A stretch of 64,000 nucleotides of DNA from an uncultured delta proteobacterium (GCA_963745035.1 CAVUVW010000027.1:96001-160000); one strand, 5' to 3'. Counted from the stretch's first letter, positions 29,356 to 40,507 are shown. Translations and numbers: made by a program. The notes: generated by a model not told the origin, from the letters alone.

Positions 29356-31071
29356 ATGGCTTACGACATTCTCATCAAAGGCGGGCGGATTTACGACGGC
29401 AGTGGGTTGCCTTCTTATCTCGGTGATGTCGCGGTCAAGGACGGACGGATCGTCGAGACCGGGCGCATCAATGGTAGCGCGGCGCGCGTCGTCAACGCCG
29501 ACGGGCTCGCGGTGTCGCCGGGCTTCATCGATTTTCACACCCATCTCGACGCGCAACTTCTCTGGGATCCGCTGGCGACCTCTTCCTGCTACCACGGCGT
29601 GACGACGGTTATCCCCGGCAACTGCGGGTTGTCGTTGGCGCCGTGTAAAGAACCGGACCGCGAGACGATCCTCAAGAGCTTTGAGCGCGTCGAGGCGATC
29701 ACCTTGCCGGCATTGAAGGCGGGCGTGAAGTGGAGCTTCACGACGTTCGGGCAGTATCTTGACGCCCTGCGCGGCAAACTCGGTGTCAACGTCGCTTCGC
29801 TGGTGGGCCACTGCGCGCTGCGCCAGTTCGTCATGGGTGATGCGTCCATCGAGCGCGCCGCGACGCCGGCGGAAATCCATCAGATGAAGGAAGTGCTCAA
29901 AGCCAGCGTGCGCGCCGGTGCGGCGGGCTTCTCGACCAATCAAAACCCCGTGCATATGTACGCCGACGGCACGCCGATTCAGAGCCGCTTCGCCACCGAC
30001 GAAGAGATCGTCGAACTCGCCTGCGCGCTCGGCGAAATCAATCAAGGCGCGATACAGATTTCGCGCGGTTCTCTCGGCGTATCGGTTCCTATGCGCGAGA
30101 GCGTGCAACTGTTCGACGAGATCTCGAGCCGGTCGGGCCGGCCGGTGATCTGGCAGAGCATCACGCACCGTTGGGACAAGCCCAACGAATGGCGCCAATT
30201 ATTGGACCTGGCGAAAGAATCTATAGACCGGGGCGTGCAGTCTTATCCGCTGTGCAACGCGCGCTTGTTCAACAACCGGCTGACGATGAAAAACGCTCAA
30301 GTCTTCGACGATCTGCCGACCTGGAAGACGATTCTCTTCCTGCCGCTCGAAGCGCGCATCGCGGCGATCAAAGATCCGGAGACGCGCAAGAAGATGCGCT
30401 ACGAGGCAGTGGAAGAAAAGAAGTCGTCGCGATTCTCACGGCGTTGGGACCTGGTGTACTTGATCAACGCCGTCAAGCCGGAGAACAAACACCTGGAGAA
30501 GAAGAGCGTGGCGGAGATCGCCAAGATCCGCGGCCAGGACGTGATCGATGCCTTCCTCGATCTTTCTCTCGAAGAGGGCTTGGACACCGAGTTTCAAACT
30601 TCGAGCACGAACGGCGACGAGGAAGCGGTGGCGGAAATCATCCGCAGCCCCTACGTGCTCGTCGGCCAGTCCGACGCCGGCGCCCATCTGATCTACGACG
30701 CCGGCTTCGGCTATGCCACGCGCTTGCTCGGCTACTGGGTGCGCGAGAAGCAGATCATGACTGTGGAAGAAGCCGTGCGCAAACTGACCTTCATGGTTGC
30801 GTCGATCTTCGGTCTGCCGAATCGCGGCCTGCTGCGGTCCGGTATGGCGGCCGACCTGTGCGTCTTCGACCCGGCGACGATCCGCGAATGTGATCCGGAA
30901 ATGGTCCAGGACCTGCCCGGCAATGAGAAACGCTTTATCCAAAAAGCCAATGGCATCGAAATGACCATCGTCAACGGCGAAGTGCTGGTGGAAAAGGACA
31001 ACCACACCGGTGCGCTGCCCGGAGCCGTGCTCGGCGGCGGCAACGGCCATGGGCTGCAGGTGGCGGCGTAG
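29356..31071 (+). CDS. N-acyl-D-amino-acid deacylase-like amidohydrolase
   Basis: PGFIDFHTHLD, GVTTVIPGNCG, SDAGAH, ADLCVFDP. Confidence 0.9.
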   Translation: MAYDILIKGGRIYDGSGLPSYLGDVAVKDGRIVETGRINGSAARVVNADGLAVSPGFIDFHTHLDAQLLWDPLATSSCYHGVTTVIPGNCGLSLAPCKEPDRETILKSFERVEAITLPALKAGVKWSFTTFGQYLDALRGKLGVNVASLVGHCALRQFVMGDASIERAATPAEIHQMKEVLKASVRAGAAGFSTNQNPVHMYADGTPIQSRFATDEEIVELACALGEINQGAIQISRGSLGVSVPMRESVQLFDEISSRSGRPVIWQSITHRWDKPNEWRQLLDLAKESIDRGVQSYPLCNARLFNNRLTMKNAQVFDDLPTWKTILFLPLEARIAAIKDPETRKKMRYEAVEEKKSSRFSRRWDLVYLINAVKPENKHLEKKSVAEIAKIRGQDVIDAFLDLSLEEGLDTEFQTSSTNGDEEAVAEIIRSPYVLVGQSDAGAHLIYDAGFGYATRLLGYWVREKQIMTVEEAVRKLTFMVASIFGLPNRGLLRSGMAADLCVFDPATIRECDPEMVQDLPGNEKRFIQKANGIEMTIVNGEVLVEKDNHTGALPGAVLGGGNGHGLQVAA

Positions 31072-31130
31072 GAACGCAGAATAGCGCCCGCAAAGGCTCA
31101 AAAATGGCGCAACCGATTCGGGAGGAATTG

Positions 31131-31290
31131 GTTCAACGAAGTTCACGAATTCACGAATAGTTAAGCGGATTAAGTCGCAAACTCGTGACTTTTGGCGCGA
31201 TTGCCTGCCCCCGTAATCGCGGCGTGAGGAAGAGGAGGGGGAAAAAAAATTAGCGTAAGCGGGTTGAACGCGCTTGAACGATTGGAACGG
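31131..31290. repeat. Degenerate GTTCAA 9-mer composite element
   Basis: ggttcaacg... gaggaggggg ... gttgaacgc gcttgaacg attggaacg. Confidence 0.55.
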
Positions 31291-31306
31291 AAGTTAAGGA
31301 TGAATT

Positions 31307-32700
31307 ATGGGCGCCACTGAGAAAATTGCCCAGTTCATAGTAGACACCGACTACGGAGACATACCTGGCGGTGCCGTGGAGAAAGCCAAGCGAACGGCGC
31401 TCGACTGCGTGGGAGCCGCGCTGGCCGGCGTTGTCGAGCCGGTCAGCCAAACCATCACAGATTATGTAAGAAGCTCGGGGGGCCGCCCAGGCATCCGTGT
31501 TTGGCGCGGGTCTCAAAGTTTCGGTTGCAGACGCTGCCTTGGCGAATGGCTGCATCTCCCACGCTCTCGACTACGACGACTGCGGCGTAAAGATCGGCCA
31601 TCCCAGCGTCTTAGTTCTCCGGCGGTGCTTAGCCTTGGCGAGCATTTGGCGCGTCGGGCAAAGATATACTGACTGCTTACATCTTGGGGCTGGAAGTCGA
31701 AGGCAAGCTTGCGCTCCACGCCGACTTCAAGCTCATGCAGGCCCGCCTGAATCACCAGACCTGGTACGGTTCCATCGGCGCGGCTGCCGCCTGCGCCAAG
31801 CTTTTTAAGTTGGATGTAGCCAAGACCAGAATGGCACTGGGCATCGCTGCAAACTTTGCGTGCGGCCTGTCGGCCAATCACGGCAGCATGGCCGGCGCGA
31901 TGGCGGCGGGCAACGCTTGCCGTAACGGCGTGGTTGCTGCGCTCATGGCGGAAGGCGGAATCACGGCCAACCCCGACATCATCGAAGTGAAGAACGGTTT
32001 TTACGACACGCTCGTGGGGGCAGGCCACTACGACGCCGAGCGCATGGCGGAGGCTCTCGGCAAACCTTTCTATATCGAGTCTCCGGGCATCGGGCTAAAG
32101 AAATACCCAAGCTGCTATCACACCCATCGAGCGCTGGACGGAGTGTTTCCAGTTGTTAGGTGAGCACCGCCTCAACCACAAGGCCATCGCCGAAGTCGAC
32201 GTGGGCACTTCCGAGCGGGCGATGCGCGTGCTCGCCTTCTCCGATCCGGCAACGCCCTATCAAGCCAAATACAGCATGCCTTACTGCATTGCCGCCGCTG
32301 TGGTGGATCACCAAGTGTCCCTCGAAACTTTCACGGCTCACAAGTTCGAAGATCGCAACATCGCCGAGACCAGGAAAAAAGTTCACCTTTCCTTCCCAGA
32401 TGTCCCCATCTGGCCTGGCCTCGCGGACGTCGGCCCGGATACCGAGTTCGTCGGCAATCCTGTGACGATCAAGATGACCGATGGACAAAGCTACAGCGCG
32501 CGGGTAGATATCCCGCGCGGCGATCCCGCTCTGCCGCTGACCGACGATGAGTTACTCGCCAAGTATCGCGACTGCGGGCGCAATCAGCTGCGCCCCGAGG
32601 ACATCGAGCGTAGTGTAGATTGGGTTCTGAGGCTCGAGAAAGTGGGAAATATTGGAACGTTGATGAGGCGCTCAACTCGCCCGCGCGCTAATCAACCTCG
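31307..32700 (+). CDS. MmgE/PrpD family protein with several frameshifts (assembly errors or pseudogene)
   Basis: LDCVGAALAG, HALDYDD..GHPS, KKYPSCYHTH, QAKYSMPY, PRGDP spread over four ORFs; end approximate. Confidence 0.8.
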
Positions 32701-32954
32701 GAACTCCGAGAGCGAACTGCTTCTGTGCTGCTTCGATCCGGCCGCGTCCGCGGCTGCAACGTTTCGCTGAAACGAAGTTACTTTCGGCCCATCCTTCTAA
32801 CTTTGGGATTCCCTTGGAATAAAGTGAGACGGACATAAGATACTCGCGTGTAACCTGAGGGTGCTCAACAGGAATAAGTCACGACTTGAGGCCAGCGATG
32901 GGACGCGCGAGACGGTTCGAGTGGCTTTATGCATCAAGTAGGAGTAGCTACGAG

Positions 32955-33134
32955 CTAAGCGTCGCGGATGTTTGCTTTGACGCGCTCGAGGAGTTCCGGC
33001 GTTACTTGGCGAATGCCGTGTTCCTTGGCGTGCTCCGCCGCTTTTTGAATTACTTCCTCTATTGTCTCACCTCGCATGACGTGCTTACATCCGCTCGACG
33101 GGTCGACCTTAGCACATTCCAGGATCTTTGCCAT
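32955..33134 (-). CDS. Small metal-binding protein, DUF1059-like
   Basis: MAKILECAKV...GCKHVMRGETIEEVIQKAAEHAKEH; GGAGG RBS. Confidence 0.8.
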   Translation of the reverse strand: MAKILECAKVDPSSGCKHVMRGETIEEVIQKAAEHAKEHGIRQVTPELLERVKANIRDA

Positions 33135-33582
33135 GGACTTGCCTCCTCTGATTTTACGGGATCCACTATTTCTCCTTTGACTGTTAACGATTCTATGAGC
33201 TCTCGACAGTGGGTGGGTAGGCAATGGCTTTATGCACGCCACTGCTCGCAAGACTGCCAATAGTGTTGCGTGAGGTTAAACACAGTGAAAGATGTGTTGA
33301 TCAGGGAGGCTCTCGGGGCCACGGGATGAGCGTGACGACGAACTTTACTGAACAGCTTGCGGGATTCTGTTGAAGCTATATAGACATGCTTATGGCGTTC
33401 TTGCTAAAATGCAAGTCGGTTACCAGAGCTGCATATGACCTGGATAGGTTTGAACAGTCTGCTGAGGCTGTCGTTCTGATTTCGCTATCTATGATCCGCT
33501 TTTCCGCGCTCGCCGCTTGATAAGCTGGTGCGACTAGGATATTCGAGCGTTAAAAGTCGATCAGAAAGCGAGCAGAAAAATT

Positions 33583-34305
33583 ATGTATTACGGTGCGCGA
33601 GGAATCGTTGGATTGGTCAAGCCGACTTATCGTCCTGGGTCGATGGAGAGCTTTATCAAGCTCATGCCGGAGGGTGTCGGCTTTATTCCGACTCATGCCG
33701 GCATTCGGGCGGGGAATGAAAAGGAATTGCAGGAAGCTCTGACGGTTGCGGAAAGAAAAGTTGCGCGCTTGGCCGAGTTGGGCGCCGACGTGGTGATGAT
33801 CATGGGCGCGCCGCCGACCATGGTGCGCGGGCACGGCGCGGATCGGGAGATCGCCGATTCGCTGACGAAGAAATACAAAATTCCCGTTACCGTGGCGACG
33901 ATCGCTCAGGTCGATGCGTTTCGCGCGCTGGGCATGAAAAAGCTGGTGGGCATCACCTATTTTCCGGAAGAGATGAATCAGCGCTTTGCCAAGTTTCTGC
34001 AAGACGACGGGTTCGAAGTCAGGGCGATGAAGGGCATCGACGTGCCCTTCAAGGATGCCGGCAAGCTTGCGCCCGAGGCGATCTACAATTTCGCCAAGAA
34101 AGTCTTCATCGAGCACGGACCGGCTGACGGCATCTACATGCTTGGCGCCGGCTGGCACAACCTGCCGGTGATCGAGATGTTAGAGAAGGATTTGAAGACC
34201 ACGGTGCTTTCCAGCATACCGGCGCAAGTTTGGGCGACGAAAAAAATTCTTCACTTGAACGAGCCGGTGACGGGATACGGCCGGCTGCTCGCGGAGATGC
34301 CGTGA
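33583..34305 (+). CDS. Asp/Glu racemase superfamily (maleate isomerase / arylmalonate decarboxylase-like)
   Basis: YGARGIVGLVKP, IEMLEKDL..VLSS...W, GYGRLL. Confidence 0.8.
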   Translation: MYYGARGIVGLVKPTYRPGSMESFIKLMPEGVGFIPTHAGIRAGNEKELQEALTVAERKVARLAELGADVVMIMGAPPTMVRGHGADREIADSLTKKYKIPVTVATIAQVDAFRALGMKKLVGITYFPEEMNQRFAKFLQDDGFEVRAMKGIDVPFKDAGKLAPEAIYNFAKKVFIEHGPADGIYMLGAGWHNLPVIEMLEKDLKTTVLSSIPAQVWATKKILHLNEPVTGYGRLLAEMP

Positions 34306-34322
34306 AGATTGGGGTAATGTGA

Positions 34323-35333
34323 GTGATGCGAAGAGTTCGAACCGTTGCAACGGTGCTTTTTGCGATGAGCGTTTGCACATGGCTCGCTGCGTTTCCAGCG
34401 AACGCGCAGGGTTTGAAAGAAAAGGCGGAAGCCGAAGGCAAGCTCATGTTCTACGCCACCTTCAATGCCGCCGATTTGAAGACCCTGCTCGATGCTTTCA
34501 AACAAGCCTATCCGAAAATCGAAGCGGCCTCGTATCGCAGCACGGATTCGGCGCTCATGGAAAGAATTCTGACGGAGAATCGGGCCGGTCAGAATCTTTG
34601 GGACGTGGTGGTGACGACGAGTTTCTACGGCCACAATCTAAAAAAGCGCGGGTTGCTGGCGAGCTACGATTCACCTGAGCGGAAATTTTACCGTGACGGC
34701 TACAAAGATCCGCAGGCGATGTGGACGTCTACGTACACGAACTATGCCGCGTTTGGGTACAACGTTCGGACTGTGCCGAAGTCGAGCGTGCCGAAATCCT
34801 TCAATGATTTATTAAAGCCCGAGTGGAAAGGGCACATCGGTCTGGAAGGCCGGCCTTATGAGTGGTTCGGCACGATGGTCAAGGCGATGGGCGATGAAAA
34901 AGGTTTGGCGTACATGCGCGAGCTCGCCAAGCAGGTGCAACTGCGCACGGGGCGAACCTTGCTGGCGCAACTCGTCGCGGCCGGAGAGTTCAAAGGCGCT
35001 CTCGCTGCGTACTCGCAGACGTTTGAAGCGTTGAAGCCGTCGGGCGCGCCGGTGGACTGGGTCTATTTGAATCCGGTCTTTGCCAACATTCATCCGACTG
35101 CGGTGGCGGCCAAGGCGTCCAATCCCAACGCCGGACGTTTGTTCGTCGACTTCATGCTGTCCAAGCGAGGCCAGGAGGTGATTCGCGGCATGAATCGCAT
35201 CCCCGATCGAATCGATGTAACATTAGACACGCGCTGGACCGAAGGCGTCAAGCCGGCGTTCGCGCCGACCGAAGTGCTCGAGAACTTCGAGCGCTACGGC
35301 AAAATGTTTCACGAGATTTTCGGCGGACGGTAG
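34323..35333 (+). CDS. ABC extracellular solute-binding protein
   Basis: Signal peptide; AEAEGKLMFY; DLLKPEWKG; NPNAGRLFVDFMLS. Confidence 0.88.
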   Translation: MMRRVRTVATVLFAMSVCTWLAAFPANAQGLKEKAEAEGKLMFYATFNAADLKTLLDAFKQAYPKIEAASYRSTDSALMERILTENRAGQNLWDVVVTTSFYGHNLKKRGLLASYDSPERKFYRDGYKDPQAMWTSTYTNYAAFGYNVRTVPKSSVPKSFNDLLKPEWKGHIGLEGRPYEWFGTMVKAMGDEKGLAYMRELAKQVQLRTGRTLLAQLVAAGEFKGALAAYSQTFEALKPSGAPVDWVYLNPVFANIHPTAVAAKASNPNAGRLFVDFMLSKRGQEVIRGMNRIPDRIDVTLDTRWTEGVKPAFAPTEVLENFERYGKMFHEIFGGR

Positions 35334-35343
35334 CGCACGCGCC

Positions 35344-35367
35344 GTTTCGAGTTTCTGGTTTCAGGTT
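35344..35367. repeat. Short 7-mer array (GTTTCNN)
   Basis: gtttcga gtttctg gtttcag gtt. Confidence 0.45.
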
Positions 35368-35392
35368 GGTGAAAAAGTAAAGACTTGTTGCA

Positions 35393-36173
35393 ATGAAAGT
35401 CGTCGTTCACGGCGTGACCAAAGAGTTTACCGGCGGCCAGGGAAGCGTCCGTGCCTTGGGCGGCGTTTCACTCGAAGTGCGCGACCGCGAGTTTTTCGGT
35501 ATCATCGGTCCGACCGGGTGCGGCAAGACGACCTTGCTCCATATTATCGCGGGCTTGGAAAAACAGTCCACAGGGACGGTCGAATTCGTCGGCGAGCGGC
35601 ATTCGAAATCGGTTGTTTCGATGGTATTTCAGGAAGCGGCACTGATGCCGTGGCGCACCGTGGAAGAAAATGTTCCTCTGGGGCCGGAGTTTCGCCAGGA
35701 GGAGCCGTCGGTCTACAAGAAAGTGAGCCGTTTTTTTCTGGAGGTCGTCAAACTCCTGGACTTCGCGGGTGCACAGCCTCATGAGCTCTCCGGCGGCATG
35801 AAACAGAAGGCAGCGCTTGCCCGCGCGCTCGCCAACGATCCTCAAGTCATTCTCATGGACGAGCCCTTTGCCAGCCTGGATGCGCAAACCCGTTTGATAA
35901 TGCGTGATGAGCTGCTGCGCATCTGGGAGCGCGACAAGAAGACCGTCATCCTGGTGACCCATAATCTGGAAGAAGCGGTTATGCTCTGCGATCGCATCGC
36001 GGTCATGAGTTCGCGCCCGGGGCTCATCAAAGAAGTCGTGAGGGTCGATATTCCTCGGCCGCGCACGATGAAGAGTATGAGAGAGCCGGATTTCGGCAGG
36101 TGCATGGAAAAAATTTGGGAACTTGCTGCGCTACGAAGTCGATGCGGCGATGCGCGTGAACCCTCCTTCTTGA
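35393..36173 (+). CDS. ABC ATP-binding protein (nitrate/sulfonate type), probable frameshift near 36123
   Basis: GPTGCGKTT, LSGGMKQ, LMDEPF, VTH; corrected end ELLRYEVDAAMR...stop 36171-36173. Confidence 0.9.
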
Positions 36174-36301
36174 ACTCCGCATCAACCAGAACCCAGTGCA
36201 AAACAACATGATGTCAGAGAAGGCGAGTCGCGCCGGCAGATTCGATAAACTCTTCCAAAAATTCCGCGTAGCTGACGGTTGGGCCGGCCGGATAGGCACC
36301 G

Positions 36302-38533
36302 TTGTCTAAACTTCTCGAGCGCTCCCTAGTTTATCTCTACGCCGCGGCGCTGTTTTTAAGCGCGGCGTTACTGTTTTCCGTCCAACCGATGGTGGCCAAG
36401 ATGATCCTGCCCTTTCTGGGCGGATCGCCGGCGGTGTGGAATACTTGCCTGTTCTTCTTTCAAACGGTTCTCTTGTTGGGATATCTCTACGCGCATTTCG
36501 GCAGCTCATGGCTGGGATTGAAGCGGCAGATGATTTTGCATTTTGTCATTATTGCCGCGGCGATATACTTCCTGCCGGTGACGATTCCGTCTCTTTGGCT
36601 TGAAAGTTCTCATTATAGTCCCGTCACTTTAGTGCTCTGGGTACTATTGGTTTCTGTTGGATTCCCATTTTTGGTTCTTTCCGCCAGCGCCCCGCTCCTG
36701 CAAAAATGGTTTTCCAGCAGCGGCCATGCCGACGCGCACGATCCGTACTTCCTTTATGCGGCCAGCAATGCCGGAAGCTTGCTTGGCTTGATTGCTTACC
36801 CGGTGCTCCTGGAGTCGCGGCTGACCCTGACCGAACAAAGCCGGTTATGGCTCTATATTTATCTCGGCTTCTTGGCGGTTACCTTCGCCTGCGGATTGGC
36901 GCTGCGTGCTTTTACAGCGTCCGGTAAGAACCGATTGCCCGTGAACGATGAACCGGATGTTACTATCGAATCGCGGAAACCAACACTGGGCCGCCGCGTT
37001 CGCTGGATCGTGCTTTCGTTTGCGCCATCCAGCCTGCTGCTCGGCGTTACGACCTACGTCACGACCGATTTGGCGTCGGTTCCGCTGCTTTGGGTGTTGC
37101 CACTTTCTCTCTATCTGGTTTCGTTCATTGTCGCCTACCGGCGCAATTCATGGGGGTCGAGTCCTTTTCTTGTGAAACGGCAAGCCTTTCTCCTGTTGGC
37201 TGCGGCCATAACCTTCTTTGCGAAAGCGACCGATCCCGCCGTGATCCTCTTGCCGCTTCATTTGTTCGCTTTCTTTGTTACCTGTCTCGTTTGCCATACA
37301 GAGTTGGCGAAAGACCGGCCCGAAACAAAATATCTCACCGAATATTATCTGTGGATTTCGTTTGGCGGGCTGCTGGGAGGCTTTTTTAACGGCTTTCTGG
37401 CTCCGGTGATCTTTTCATCTGTTCTGGAATATCCGCTGGCGATGATCGCGGCCGCTTTGGTCCGGCCGCGACTGGAGCCCTCATCTCAAAGCTCGGATAA
37501 GGTCTTTCATGATGTGCTTTGGTCTGTGCTCTTCTTTTGGATTGTCTTCTCGATCGTCTGGTGGACTCGCCGTTTTCAGCTCTCATCAACCTACGTCGCG
37601 CACCTCTTGATTTTTGGCGTCTCGGCGTTGATCGGTTTGAGCTTCGCTCGCCGGCCGTTGCGTTTCGGCTTAGGTATTGGCGCGATCATGTTGGCGACGA
37701 TCGGTTATCACGGTCCCTTCGGAGATCTTCTCTTTAGGGCCAGAAGTTTTTTCGGGGTGTATCGAGTGACGCGCGATGCTGGAAACAAATTTCATTTCAT
37801 TTTTCACGGCACCACTTTGCACGGCGTCCAGAGTCTCGAACCGAGCAGCCGGCTGCGGTCGACCTCTTATTACCATCGAACGGGCCCCGCTGGGCAGGTA
37901 TTCACGAGTTTATCGGCAAATGGTTTTGATAAGCCGGTCGCCGTCGTCGGCTTGGGCGCCGGCGCGCTCGCCTGCCACGGCAACCCTGGGCAGGTTTTTA
38001 CCTTTTACGAAATTGATCCTTTGGTGGAACGCATCGCCCGGAATGCAAATTTGTTCACATACTTGAAAGATTGTCCTCCCCAAACATCGGTAATCATCGG
38101 CGATGCCCGCGTGACCCTTGCGCGGGCACCCAACGGATTGCACGGCATGTTCGTACTCGATGCGTTCAGCGGTGATTCGATACCGATTCATCTGCTGACG
38201 CTGGAAGCGATCGAGGTTTATCTTGCTAAGCTCGTACCGGATGGAGTGCTGCTGTTCCATATTTCCAACCGTTATATGGATTTAACGAGGGTCTTGGAGC
38301 GAATCGCCGCCAAGCTGAAACTCACCGCGCTGGTGCAGCAAGATGTGAAGCTTTCCGATGTCGAGATTGCCGAAGGCAAACAACCGTCGAACTGGGTGAT
38401 CATGGCTCGGCAGGAGAGTGTGTTGGCGCCGTTGGGCGCCGATGGGCGCTGGAAGCCGCTCGCCGGCGATGTCAATGACACTCTCTGGACGGACAATTAC
38501 TCCAATATTCTGCAAGTGCTGCGCTGGAAGTGA
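36302..38533 (+). CDS. Fused multi-TM / spermidine-synthase-like protein
   Basis: Many TM segments; HGTTLHGVQ, GLGAG, YEIDP, LDAFS, WTDNYSN. Confidence 0.88.
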   Translation: MSKLLERSLVYLYAAALFLSAALLFSVQPMVAKMILPFLGGSPAVWNTCLFFFQTVLLLGYLYAHFGSSWLGLKRQMILHFVIIAAAIYFLPVTIPSLWLESSHYSPVTLVLWVLLVSVGFPFLVLSASAPLLQKWFSSSGHADAHDPYFLYAASNAGSLLGLIAYPVLLESRLTLTEQSRLWLYIYLGFLAVTFACGLALRAFTASGKNRLPVNDEPDVTIESRKPTLGRRVRWIVLSFAPSSLLLGVTTYVTTDLASVPLLWVLPLSLYLVSFIVAYRRNSWGSSPFLVKRQAFLLLAAAITFFAKATDPAVILLPLHLFAFFVTCLVCHTELAKDRPETKYLTEYYLWISFGGLLGGFFNGFLAPVIFSSVLEYPLAMIAAALVRPRLEPSSQSSDKVFHDVLWSVLFFWIVFSIVWWTRRFQLSSTYVAHLLIFGVSALIGLSFARRPLRFGLGIGAIMLATIGYHGPFGDLLFRARSFFGVYRVTRDAGNKFHFIFHGTTLHGVQSLEPSSRLRSTSYYHRTGPAGQVFTSLSANGFDKPVAVVGLGAGALACHGNPGQVFTFYEIDPLVERIARNANLFTYLKDCPPQTSVIIGDARVTLARAPNGLHGMFVLDAFSGDSIPIHLLTLEAIEVYLAKLVPDGVLLFHISNRYMDLTRVLERIAAKLKLTALVQQDVKLSDVEIAEGKQPSNWVIMARQESVLAPLGADGRWKPLAGDVNDTLWTDNYSNILQVLRWK

Positions 38534-38630
38534 CGGGCGGCTTTGTCTGACCTTCTCGCTGATTGCGCTTGCATTCAGCGAAAAAAAATCTATGTTCGGA
38601 ATCGGCAATAGCCGATCGGAGGAACAAGTC

Positions 38631-39353
38631 ATGGTGCATTCTGTGAGGCTGATAACTCAATCGCTGTCGATATGCATGCTGGCGCTTTTCGTGGTGGGCT
38701 GCGTGGCGGGGTCAGCCGATTACCAGGCCGTCCTGACGAACCCGGACCGGCCGGATGCCGAGCGCAAACTGGATCCCGTACGCAAGCCGCAGGAGGTCAT
38801 GGCTTTTTACGGCGCCAAGCGGGGCGATAAGGTCGCCGATCTCTTCGCCGCGCGTGGCTACTACACGGCGATTCTTTCCCAGCTCGTCGGCCCGGAAGGC
38901 GTCGTTTACGCGGCCAATGGCGCGCCCCGTCCGGAATTACACGAGCGGGTCAAACATCCGAGCATGGCCAATGTACGCGTGATCGACGGCCCCTTCGATA
39001 AAGTCGCTTTGCCGCAAGACGGTTCGCTCGACTTTGTTTTTATCCATCTCGACTATCACGAGCTGGCGGCGGACACGCGCGCGGCGATGAACCGCCGGGT
39101 TTTCGCCGCGCTCAAGAAGGGCGGATCTTACGGTGTCGTCGACCATTCGGCGGCGGCCGGCCGCGGCGACGAGGACGCCAAGACGTTTCACCGCATCGAG
39201 AAGGCGCTGGTGATCAAAGACGCCACAGCCGCCGGCTTTCGCTTGGCCGAAGAGGGAAACATGCTCGCGCGAGCCGACGATACCCGAGATTTCAGCGTGA
39301 CGAAGTTGCGCGACCGCAGCGATCGATTCGTGCTGAAGTTCGTGAAGCCGTAG
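38631..39353 (+). CDS. Class I SAM-dependent methyltransferase-like, probable lipoprotein
   Basis: LFVVGC lipobox-like; RKPQE, VADL..RGYY, VVDH, DRFVLKFVKP. Confidence 0.78.
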   Translation: MVHSVRLITQSLSICMLALFVVGCVAGSADYQAVLTNPDRPDAERKLDPVRKPQEVMAFYGAKRGDKVADLFAARGYYTAILSQLVGPEGVVYAANGAPRPELHERVKHPSMANVRVIDGPFDKVALPQDGSLDFVFIHLDYHELAADTRAAMNRRVFAALKKGGSYGVVDHSAAAGRGDEDAKTFHRIEKALVIKDATAAGFRLAEEGNMLARADDTRDFSVTKLRDRSDRFVLKFVKP

Positions 39354-39404
39354 TTTTAGGCGATTGATAAACGACGGGCGAGAATATCCGTTTGTAGAAT
39401 TTGT

Positions 39405-39432
39405 GTAGGTGCGACCGGCCGGTGGCTCCTAT
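39405..39432. repeat. GTAG-type REP-like palindrome between convergent genes
   Basis: gtagg-tgcgaccggccggtggct-cctat. Confidence 0.5.
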
Positions 39433-39447
39433 GGTTTAATCCATCCG

Positions 39448-40389
39448 CTAGATCTCCGTTACCCTCCGCAGCTTTATTTTCTTTCGCTTCGCCTGATCGA
39501 GAACAAATTTTCCGACTGCAAGATCTTCGTCGGCGATGCCGTTTGATTGAAAGAAGATCCTTTTGGGGCGCGGCTGCGGCGCCCCCGCCGCGACAAATTT
39601 TTCAAGCGGCACGATGTCTTCCCAGCGGGCGATGCGCGTCTGGCAGGCCTCGACCAGATCGCCGCTGTCGGCTTTGGCGGCGGCGAGATCATCGACCGCG
39701 ATCAAATCCATCCGGCGGATGAGACTGTTGGAGACTTCGTGCTTGACAGTGGCGTTGGCGCCGATGGAAGCGACCAGGACTTCCTCTTTGAGTGCTGTCC
39801 CCGTTGCCACCGGCGTCGTCGAGTCCGTGGAGACGACAAGAATATCGGCCGCGGCTTCGGCCTCGTCCACGCTATCGACCTCTTTCCAGTCCGCCTCGAC
39901 GACTTTGCTCATTTGCTTGATGAATTCCTTGCGCCGTTTAGGCGTGCGGCCGTAGACGACGACTTGCTCGATGGAACAAGCCTCGGCGACGGCTTCGACC
40001 TGGAACGTGGCCTGCCAGCCGGGACCGATAATGCCGAGGACTTTGCTGTCTGCCGGCGCGAGGTACTTGGCCGCGACTCCTGTGGCGGCACCGGTGCGCA
40101 GGCTGCTCAGCAGTCCCATGTTTACGATCGCCTGAATCGCGCCGGTGCGGCCGTTATAGAGGGTGATGGTATTCGCCTCGGCGGCATACGAGCGCAGGCA
40201 GATCAAGTCCATATCTTTATGCCACGCGGCCATCATATTGAGCTGCTTCTCACTGCCTTTCAGGCGGCGGCGTGGCACGCTGCGCATCTTGCCGGCCGCC
40301 CGGTCGCGGAACATTTTGTCGAGCAGCGCGACGGCTTGGGGCATTTCGATGAGCTTCCTGGTTTGCGGTTCGCTGATGATCACTGCCAT
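39448..40389 (-). CDS. Ornithine cyclodeaminase / mu-crystallin family
   Basis: LRTGAATGVAAKYLA, IIGPGWQA, GIADEDLA. Confidence 0.9.
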   Translation of the reverse strand: MAVIISEPQTRKLIEMPQAVALLDKMFRDRAAGKMRSVPRRRLKGSEKQLNMMAAWHKDMDLICLRSYAAEANTITLYNGRTGAIQAIVNMGLLSSLRTGAATGVAAKYLAPADSKVLGIIGPGWQATFQVEAVAEACSIEQVVVYGRTPKRRKEFIKQMSKVVEADWKEVDSVDEAEAAADILVVSTDSTTPVATGTALKEEVLVASIGANATVKHEVSNSLIRRMDLIAVDDLAAAKADSGDLVEACQTRIARWEDIVPLEKFVAAGAPQPRPKRIFFQSNGIADEDLAVGKFVLDQAKRKKIKLRRVTEI

Positions 40390-40477
40390 GGTCAACAATC
40401 CTCCAAGCGTTCTATAGCGCATGGGAAAGATCCCGGGCAAGGCATTCCTGTTTTTGATTCGGAGGGGTCTCAAGGAC

Positions 40478-40507
40478 TTGACGGTATCTTTGAATGCATT
40501 CCATAAT
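40478..40507 (+). promoter_or_regulatory. Putative sigma70 promoter
   Basis: TTGACG-N18-CATAAT. Confidence 0.45.
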
